A stretch of DNA of 64,000 nt, taken from the NCBI GenBank assembly GCA_963577905.1, contig CAUYZR010000001.1:66-64065 (forward strand), read 5' to 3'. How positions within the stretch are numbered: position 1 is the first letter of the stretch; each line of letters opens with the position of its first letter. The DNA is from Candidatus Thalassarchaeaceae archaeon. GTDB lineage: Archaea > Thermoplasmatota > Poseidoniia > MGIII > CG-Epi1. A program made the translations under genes and the position numbers. The notes beneath the pieces are model-generated. The model saw only the letters and a program-made list of their open reading frames with translations, did no database searches and had not been told where the DNA came from. This document shows positions 57,579 through 64,000 of the stretch, piece after piece.

Positions 57579-58588
57579 TGAAAGCAGTAGTTGTCACAAA
57601 ACATGGGGGCCCCGATAACATGGAGCTCCAGGAGCTTCCAACACCCTCTCCCGGGCCAGGAGAAGTTTGCATCCGAGTTTCCAGAGCTGGAATCAATTTT
57701 GCAGATATTCTTTCCCGCATGGGACTTTATCCTGGTTCTCCCAAACCACCCTTTACACCAGGAATGGAAGTTTCAGGAACGGTACATGAGGTTGGTCCGG
57801 ACGTAGAAGGTTTTGAACTTGGAGACAGGGTTGTCGGTTCTGGTACCAAGGGCGGTTATGCTACCCATACAATCGCCAAAAAAGAGGGTGTCTTCAAGAT
57901 TCCAGACGAGATTACTTTTGATGTGGCTGCCGCTTTTCCAGCAGTTTATCTCACTTCGTATCTGATGATCATCCATCCCGGAGCCTTACAGAAGGGAGAA
58001 TCGATATTGATTCATGGTGCTGCAGGTGGTGTAGGGCTGGCTTCAATAGAACTGGCTAAGATCGCGGGTGCCAAAACGATATTTGGTACATGTTCTCCAA
58101 GTAAGCACGATTTTATTCAGGAAAAAGGTGTCTTACCAGTTGATAGAGACAATTTTCTGGCTGGGATAATGGAATGGACCGATGGCAAGGGAGTGGAATT
58201 GGTCCTGGATCCAATAGGAGGCGAGCATCTAATGCAATCCTATCGCTGTCTGGGTTCTGGTGGCCGAGTATGTTCGTTTGGTATATCAGATATGGCTCCA
58301 GGCAAGAAAAAGAGCCAATGGAAACGCTTCAAGTCCTGGATGACCTTTCCCAAGTTTGATCCATTGAAGATGATGACCAGTAACAGGGGCGTATTTGGAA
58401 TACACTTGGGCCGTTGGAGGAACTGGGAACGACTGGACAAGGCCAGAAAAGATCTGATGAAGTGGATTGATGAGGGCAAGATAAATCCCCATGTGGACAA
58501 GGTTTTCCCTTCAGAGAAAGCGGCAGAGGCCCATCATTACATTCAGGATCGGAAGAATATTGGTAAGGTTCTTCTGAGTTTCGATTAA
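57575..58588 (+). CDS. Zn-independent MDR-family NAD(P)H quinone oxidoreductase
   Basis: MKAVVVTKHGGPDNMEL...GINFAD and LIHGAAGGVGLASIELAK Rossmann motif. 337 aa. Confidence 0.7.
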   Translation: MMKAVVVTKHGGPDNMELQELPTPSPGPGEVCIRVSRAGINFADILSRMGLYPGSPKPPFTPGMEVSGTVHEVGPDVEGFELGDRVVGSGTKGGYATHTIAKKEGVFKIPDEITFDVAAAFPAVYLTSYLMIIHPGALQKGESILIHGAAGGVGLASIELAKIAGAKTIFGTCSPSKHDFIQEKGVLPVDRDNFLAGIMEWTDGKGVELVLDPIGGEHLMQSYRCLGSGGRVCSFGISDMAPGKKKSQWKRFKSWMTFPKFDPLKMMTSNRGVFGIHLGRWRNWERLDKARKDLMKWIDEGKINPHVDKVFPSEKAAEAHHYIQDRKNIGKVLLSFD

Positions 58589-58655
58589 CTCCAAACTTTT
58601 TTTGGCTTTGTTTTAAAGGGAATGACTTAGAAAACCCTAAAAGCATGGTGACTCT

Positions 58656-59210
58656 GTGACCATGATGCAGCCACGACGTTCATTGGCGATAAGGGATATG
58701 AAAAAGAGTGACTGGCCTACTGTTTCCCGAATCTACAGTGAAGGAATTCAGACTGGTTGTGCCACCTTCGAACCGGAACCTCCCGAATCTTGGGAGGACT
58801 GGGTGTCGGGAAGAATACCGGAAGGATGCCTCGTCCAGGAGGATGATGGCCACATAATTGGCTGGGCCACCATGAGTACCATCTCCAGCCGTTGTGTTTA
58901 CGGTGGTATCTCAGAGGTCAGTATCTATGTCTCGAAGAATGATCAAAGAAAGGGTATTGGCACGCAACTGTTGAAGGCCCTGATTGCTCGCTCCGAAAAA
59001 CTGGATATTTGGACCCTCCAAGCCCAAATGTTTTTGGAGAACCATTCAAGCCTAAATCTTCATTTGAGATGTGGTTTTCGCGAAGTGGGCCTACGGGAAA
59101 AGATAGGACTGATAACCTTCGGAAAATTCAAGGGCCAGTGGAAAGATAATGTCCTCTTGGAGCGCAGAAGCAAAACTGTTGGTACCTCTTCCACAGAGAG
59201 AGGGCTATAG
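58656..59210 (+). CDS. GNAT-family N-acetyltransferase
   Basis: QRKGIGTQLLKALI motif A, 184 aa. Confidence 0.65.
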   Translation: MTMMQPRRSLAIRDMKKSDWPTVSRIYSEGIQTGCATFEPEPPESWEDWVSGRIPEGCLVQEDDGHIIGWATMSTISSRCVYGGISEVSIYVSKNDQRKGIGTQLLKALIARSEKLDIWTLQAQMFLENHSSLNLHLRCGFREVGLREKIGLITFGKFKGQWKDNVLLERRSKTVGTSSTERGL

Positions 59211-59379
59211 TTCGAGGTCCGAAAGTAGCTCCGAAGTAGCGATTCAAAATCTTGAACCAGATTATAGCCTTCATCGAGGAGTTATAGATCCTAATCAATG
59301 GTAGTGGACATGGAATCCAGAAAAATATACCCTGCATCGTGCACTTATGTTTTAAAGTGGGCATACAGTTCGTAACCCA

Positions 59380-59775
59380 ATGACTGACATTAATGTGAAG
59401 TTGAAGCACAATCTGGAAGATGCCAACACACTTTTCAAAATTCTTTTTGCAGCAATCAAGATTGGTGAGCCCGCATCCAAAAGAAAGATTGCAGATGTCG
59501 CAGACATATCTTCACAATTGGTTGATTACCATATTGACAAGTTGGTGGCTAATGGCCAATTGATTATAGTAGACTCAAAATATATGGCTCAGAAAGCGTT
59601 CTTGGATCAAAGCATATACAAATTTTTGAAAGAGAAAGTGATAACTCAGGCTTTAGTTGATAATATTGCGTACAAACTTGACTTCAGTCAGGCCGAGGTT
59701 CAGGACAATGCAGTTCTTGAGGAATCGATAATTACTCTTTTGAAGCTTTTCACTATTGAATTGAAAGAGAAGTGA
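59380..59775 (+). CDS. Hypothetical protein, possible winged-helix DNA binding
   Basis: 131 aa; KRKIADVADISSQLVDYHIDKLVANGQL resembles a wHTH recognition region. Confidence 0.25.
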   Translation: MTDINVKLKHNLEDANTLFKILFAAIKIGEPASKRKIADVADISSQLVDYHIDKLVANGQLIIVDSKYMAQKAFLDQSIYKFLKEKVITQALVDNIAYKLDFSQAEVQDNAVLEESIITLLKLFTIELKEK

Positions 59776-60029
59776 TAATTTCCAAAAAGTTTTTTTTGGC
59801 ACTGTTTTATATACTACGGAGCCAAATTTTAGTTATGCGCAGAAGGCATATGTTAGGAGAGCACGAAAAAACCCTTTGCGGTTGGGGTCTAACAACTGGT
59901 GAGCTATCACAGATGAAAAGAATGGAAAACAGATACGTTAATTGTAAACGTTGTTTGGATAAAATGATGGAATTACCAGAGCCTCTGAATAGTAAAAAAG
60001 TGAGCAGAGGAAATCCAATCAATGGCTAA
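59772..60029 (+). CDS. Small hypothetical protein with a CxxC pair
   Basis: 85-aa ORF. Overlaps both the upstream gene (4 nt) and the downstream beta-propeller gene (8 nt). Confidence 0.2.
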   Translation: MIISKKFFLALFYILRSQILVMRRRHMLGEHEKTLCGWGLTTGELSQMKRMENRYVNCKRCLDKMMELPEPLNSKKVSRGNPING

Positions 60030-62715
60030 AAAAATCGACGTTTTTGGTAAATCGTTAAACACCCCAAGAACGATGTTGGACCTATCCTCGCCTCAACCGG
60101 AACCTTTTGGTGGTATCCCTTCTGGCGTTTTTGCAGTTTTTGCAGTTATTATTCTTGGTATTTCTCTAGCTTCTTACATTCCTGATGGCGATACACCTCA
60201 GGATACTGGCCTTACTGAATCACAATCTGAGTACCTAGAAGACATTCTTTCGGACAGATCTCGTAGTTCACCGACTTTATCAACTTATGATTCCTGTGGT
60301 TATCTTGAGATTGATTTGAAAGAACATCTGAAAGAGGAGATGCGTGTTAATCTGGGAACAGGTTCGTACTACTATGGCGGTTGGGGAATGGTAGATGACA
60401 TGGTTATGGTTGGGGAGCCAGAGATGGCAATGGCTGAAGGAGACATGGACAATTCTGCTCCATCTACGGGTTCCTCAGAGAAAAGTTCCTCGGGACCCGT
60501 GGAAGGTGTTGATTACTCAGGAACTAATAATCAAGAACAAGGAGTGGATGAAGCTGATTTTGTTAAAACAGATGGATCCTATATTTACCTTGTAAATCAA
60601 GGATACAGTGATTGGGGAGTCTATCCCTCTGGTAAATTACATATTCTTGAGATCCCGGAAGTTGGTAATGTTTCGTATTTGTCCAATATTTCAATCGAAG
60701 GCCGTCCTCATGAAATGCTTTTAGTGGATGATAAAGCAGTAGTTTATTCTAATGTTTACATATACAGTTACTACGAGGAGGAACATCCACTGGCCGATAA
60801 TCTGAGAACAGAGTTCAAGAGAGAAAAGGCAGAGACTGTTACTGTTGTATCTGAAGGCGCGCCCGAGCCTGTTAAGGAGAGTACAACATCCAGTGAAAGT
60901 AAATCCGGTTCTCGTGCAGAGAATGATGGTGTTGAATCCGATGAGAAAGAATCTGAAGAAGAAGAACGCGAAGAAAATTGGGAAGACGAGGAATATTATT
61001 ATGAGTATTATTATCGAACAACATCATTCACTAAAATTACAGTATTGGATTTGACCAATAGAAGTTCTCCTCAAGTGTCCAGAGAACTTTACATCGAAGG
61101 TGACTATCAAACAGCTAGGGAATCAGATGGTACAGTCCGTATGGTCTCTTATGGTTGGATGGAAATATATGGCCTGAAAACCTGGCTGGAATTTGATTAC
61201 AGGTATTGGGATCTCGATTGGGAAAGTTCAGAAAGAGAGAAAATGTGGATGGAGACGATGAATGAGACAATAGAGTATAACGATAAAATAATTAACAGTA
61301 TTTCATTGGACAATCTTATTCCTCGCATTTACGAAAAGTCAGGCTCTAACATTACAACACATAAGTATTCAGAATCGGGAGAAGGCAATTGCCAGAATTT
61401 TGCGGCTGCGGTAGATGGTGCAGGACAGGGCGTAACATCGATATTGACCCTTGATCTGTTGGAGGACACTTTCAGTTTCAATGCCGACCATATCCTGAGC
61501 AATTGGGCTACCGTCTATGCCTCTGGAAATGTGATGGTAATGGCTGAATCAGCTTGGGATTCATGGTGGTTTTGGGGTGATGATGACAATCAGCTTGAAG
61601 AAATGACAAACATTCATGTCTTTGATATTTCTAGCCCTGGCCAGACAGATTACATTGCCAGCGGAAGGATAAACGGTACTATTCAGGATCAATTTTCATT
61701 GTCAGAGTATAATGGGGACATTCGTATCTGCTCTACTACAGGCCAATGGGGCAGGTGGTGGATGGAAGATCCTGAGCCAATGGTCAGTCACGTCTTTGTT
61801 CTGGGACTCAATGCGGAAGGAACCCAGTATGACGTCATAGGTCACGTGGGTGGAATCGCAGAGGATGAGCAAATATGGTCCGCCCGTTTCATTGGCGACA
61901 AGGCCTATCTTGTGACTTTCAGGAATATCGATCCTTTATGGACAATAGACCTTAGCGAGCCTACTAATCCCAGAGTCATTGGTGAACTTGAGGTTCCAGG
62001 CGTTTCTACCTATATTCATCCAATGGGCGATGATCATCTCCTTACAATAGGAATTGCTGGTGATGAGGATGGTCTGGAATGGGGAGTTACCCAGATATCG
62101 ATATTTGATGTCAGTGACTTTTCGAACCCGGTACTGGAAAGTTCACTCAGGTTGACCCCTGCACCGGAAAATGAATATGACTGGTCATATTCTTACAGCG
62201 AGGCGACCTACGAACACAAGGCCTTTCAGTATTGGGAAGCTGATGGTATACTCGCAATTCCAATGTCAACTCAAAGATACTATTCGGATATCAAGGAGAT
62301 TGACGGTCGATTGTATTATGCAAGTGGTTATGAATACATATCCAAATTAATGCTGATAAATGCAAAACCTGGTGAGGATCTCGCAATTTACGATGAAATA
62401 GATCATTCCTCCTTCTACAATTCCAGTTATTCATGGGATAGTCCTGATGTCAGACGTAGCATATTCATGGGTGGAGGAGACTACATTTATGCCATCAGTG
62501 AGAAAGGAGTCACCGCCCATAATGTAGATACGATGGAAAGAACGGGTTTTGTCGAACTTCCTTCAGACAATAAGCGGAATAATTACGCAGAATATTACTA
62601 CGATGATGTTGTCGATGCTATTGAAGTAGAACCTGATGAAGATGGTGACGAAGATAGAGAAGATTCCGACAGCAGTTCAGACTCTGAAGACGGCTCAACA
62701 GGTTCTGAAGGTTAG
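60022..62715 (+). CDS. Membrane-anchored secreted beta-propeller domain protein (PF09826-like), with acidic low-complexity inserts
   Basis: N-terminal TM (VFAVFAVIILGISLASYI). The GVDEADFVKTDGSYIYLV block is characteristic of the archaeal/bacterial beta-propeller family. Many W/Y/D-rich blade-like segments. EEEEREENWEDEEYYYEYYY low-complexity region. Confidence 0.6.
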   Translation: MAKKIDVFGKSLNTPRTMLDLSSPQPEPFGGIPSGVFAVFAVIILGISLASYIPDGDTPQDTGLTESQSEYLEDILSDRSRSSPTLSTYDSCGYLEIDLKEHLKEEMRVNLGTGSYYYGGWGMVDDMVMVGEPEMAMAEGDMDNSAPSTGSSEKSSSGPVEGVDYSGTNNQEQGVDEADFVKTDGSYIYLVNQGYSDWGVYPSGKLHILEIPEVGNVSYLSNISIEGRPHEMLLVDDKAVVYSNVYIYSYYEEEHPLADNLRTEFKREKAETVTVVSEGAPEPVKESTTSSESKSGSRAENDGVESDEKESEEEEREENWEDEEYYYEYYYRTTSFTKITVLDLTNRSSPQVSRELYIEGDYQTARESDGTVRMVSYGWMEIYGLKTWLEFDYRYWDLDWESSEREKMWMETMNETIEYNDKIINSISLDNLIPRIYEKSGSNITTHKYSESGEGNCQNFAAAVDGAGQGVTSILTLDLLEDTFSFNADHILSNWATVYASGNVMVMAESAWDSWWFWGDDDNQLEEMTNIHVFDISSPGQTDYIASGRINGTIQDQFSLSEYNGDIRICSTTGQWGRWWMEDPEPMVSHVFVLGLNAEGTQYDVIGHVGGIAEDEQIWSARFIGDKAYLVTFRNIDPLWTIDLSEPTNPRVIGELEVPGVSTYIHPMGDDHLLTIGIAGDEDGLEWGVTQISIFDVSDFSNPVLESSLRLTPAPENEYDWSYSYSEATYEHKAFQYWEADGILAIPMSTQRYYSDIKEIDGRLYYASGYEYISKLMLINAKPGEDLAIYDEIDHSSFYNSSYSWDSPDVRRSIFMGGGDYIYAISEKGVTAHNVDTMERTGFVELPSDNKRNNYAEYYYDDVVDAIEVEPDEDGDEDREDSDSSSDSEDGSTGSEG

Positions 62716-62756
62716 CACCTAACTGCTAAATAACCATAGAAAATAGCTGAATCATT

Positions 62757-63566
62757 ATGATTCAGCTGAATGATGTGCATAGACACTATGTGATGGCATC
62801 AGAGACGATTAGGGCCTTGGATGGAATAACTCTAAGTATCCAAGAAGGCGAAAGAATAATTTTGTTGGGACCTTCCGGATCGGGTAAAACAACACTGCTC
62901 AATTGCCTTTCAGCGTTAGATAGCCCTACCGAAGGAAGTTACATTTTTGATGGTGAACCAGTACCTATATTGTCAAGTTTACCACCTAAAAGGCGAATCA
63001 CTAGGCCAGATAGTTTCTTTTTGGGAATGGGAGTAGATGTTTTTAATTTTGGGGTTAAAATTTTATTTTGGATTCCAGAATATTTTACCCATTCTCTACC
63101 AACTGCACGTAGCAATGAGAAAATGACGACCTTCCGTAGAAAGAATGTTGGATACGTTTTTCAATTTTACAATTTGCTACAAGATTTAACGGTCATGGAA
63201 AACGTTATGCTGATACAAGAGCTTTCAGGTGGGCGTGATATTAATCGAGCTGAAGAGATTCTGAAATTAGTTGGTCTAGAAGGAGAAATGAATCGTTTTC
63301 CTTCTGAGATAAGTGGAGGGCAGCAACAAAGAGTTGCTATCGCACGAAGCATAGCCAAAAAGCCTAAACTTCTTTTGGGTGATGAATTGACAGGAAATCT
63401 TGATTCGGAAACATCTGCTAAAGTTATGGACGTTCTTATTCAAGCCTGTAAATCAGAAGGCATAACTACAGTAATGGTCACTCATGATGAATCGTTGGCA
63501 AAGTATGCCACACGTGTAGTACGTTTAGATAGTGGCAAGATAAAGTCGGATGAGCAGGTATCCTAA
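62757..63566 (+). CDS. ABC transporter ATP-binding protein (MacB/LolD-like) with an atypical about 50-aa insertion between Walker A and the Q-loop
   Basis: Walker A GPSGSGKTTLLN, signature SGGQQQRVAIARS, Walker B LLLGDELTGNLD, H-loop VTHD. Insert about 62943-63111. Confidence 0.8.
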   Translation: MIQLNDVHRHYVMASETIRALDGITLSIQEGERIILLGPSGSGKTTLLNCLSALDSPTEGSYIFDGEPVPILSSLPPKRRITRPDSFFLGMGVDVFNFGVKILFWIPEYFTHSLPTARSNEKMTTFRRKNVGYVFQFYNLLQDLTVMENVMLIQELSGGRDINRAEEILKLVGLEGEMNRFPSEISGGQQQRVAIARSIAKKPKLLLGDELTGNLDSETSAKVMDVLIQACKSEGITTVMVTHDESLAKYATRVVRLDSGKIKSDEQVS

Positions 63567-63571
63567 GAGTA

Positions 63572-64000
63572 ATGTCTTTTCTTCTAACTAAAAGATTAGC
63601 ACGTAGCCTTTGGAGAACCAAAATACGCTTAGTTGCAGTGATTTTTATGGTGGTTATAGGTGTTTTAGGAGGGATTTCAATGGGAGGTTATGCTACCAAC
63701 GTGGCTGTACTCTATAATAATATTTATGAAGATGACGAAGAGGGAGTAAATCTTCCAGATATCTGGGTAAATCTTCCAGGTGGTACTTGGTCTGAAGAGG
63801 AATCTCAGAATCTTTGTGATAAATTTGAAGAGGATTTCCCTGTTGATTCCCCTTCAATAGACAAATGTGAACCTAGATTGGTTGTTGATGGGACTCTTTT
63901 CCATTCATGGTCTTTCAGAGACGAAATAGAGTCAGGTGAGGAGATTCTGGTCACTGCTGTCTGGCACGGTATCGATGAAGGTGAAGTTGATAAGGTTTGG
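63572..64000 (+). CDS. ABC transporter permease (FtsX/MacB-like), N-terminal part, running off the window end
   Basis: Starts MSFLLTKRLARSLWRTKIRLVAVIFMVVIGVLGG (N-terminal TM of FtsX-type permeases) followed by a periplasmic domain. No stop before nt 64000. Confidence 0.55.
   Translation, partial: MSFLLTKRLARSLWRTKIRLVAVIFMVVIGVLGGISMGGYATNVAVLYNNIYEDDEEGVNLPDIWVNLPGGTWSEEESQNLCDKFEEDFPVDSPSIDKCEPRLVVDGTLFHSWSFRDEIESGEEILVTAVWHGIDEGEVDKVW

Noticed and set aside
59211-59379. Searched 169-bp and other intergenic gaps for box C/D sRNA (RUGAUGA...CUGA) given that fibrillarin is present
   Set aside because: No convincing C/D/C'/D' arrangement with terminal stem was found by eye. Proper detection needs a covariance or snoscan-type search.

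Overview
This 64-kb window looks like an archaeal (probably euryarchaeal) chromosomal core region, densely packed with housekeeping genes on both strands. The hallmarks are fibrillarin, Topo VI subunit B, aIF6, ribosomal proteins S19e/L39e/L31e, deoxyhypusine synthase and an archaeal-type AlaRS. It also carries bacterial-type gyrase GyrA and a type IA topoisomerase. There are five tRNA genes, all with genomically encoded 3' CCA, and a stand-alone 5S rRNA gene that the ORF track cannot show. Identifiable coding genes cover cofactor and Fe-S biogenesis (CoaBC, NfuA-like and Mrp/ApbC), translation and RNA modification (AlaRS, Nop2/Sun, a PUA protein, fibrillarin, TrmY-like, a SPOUT methylase), DNA metabolism (GyrA, Topo VI-B, Topo IA, a 1815-aa Lhr-type helicase, a Hef-like helicase), purine synthesis (PurH), amino-acid metabolism (BCAT and a second aminotransferase), lipids (geranylgeranyl reductase, inositol-phosphate synthase), transporters (EamA, an SSS/ThiV-like symporter, OPT, an ABC pair) and several large secreted or surface proteins (a pentapeptide-repeat lipoprotein, a Pro/Ala-rich anchored surface protein, a PF09826-type beta-propeller). 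I found no CRISPR array, integrase or transposase. The most interesting candidates are three. First, a tightly packed topA-thpR(2H phosphoesterase)-Hef-like helicase-Tpt1/KptA cassette that looks like an RNA-end healing or processing module. Second, a deoxyhypusine synthase translationally coupled to a DDAH-family guanidino-modifying enzyme. Third, a thiamine salvage and regulation module (HTH+ThiN-like, SSS transporter, TPK). I also flag a duplicated 35-bp promoter-like element bracketing a tiny ORF, an unusually long Lhr helicase, and an ABC ATPase with an odd AT-rich in-frame insertion. All functional calls come from motif recognition by eye, with no database searches.
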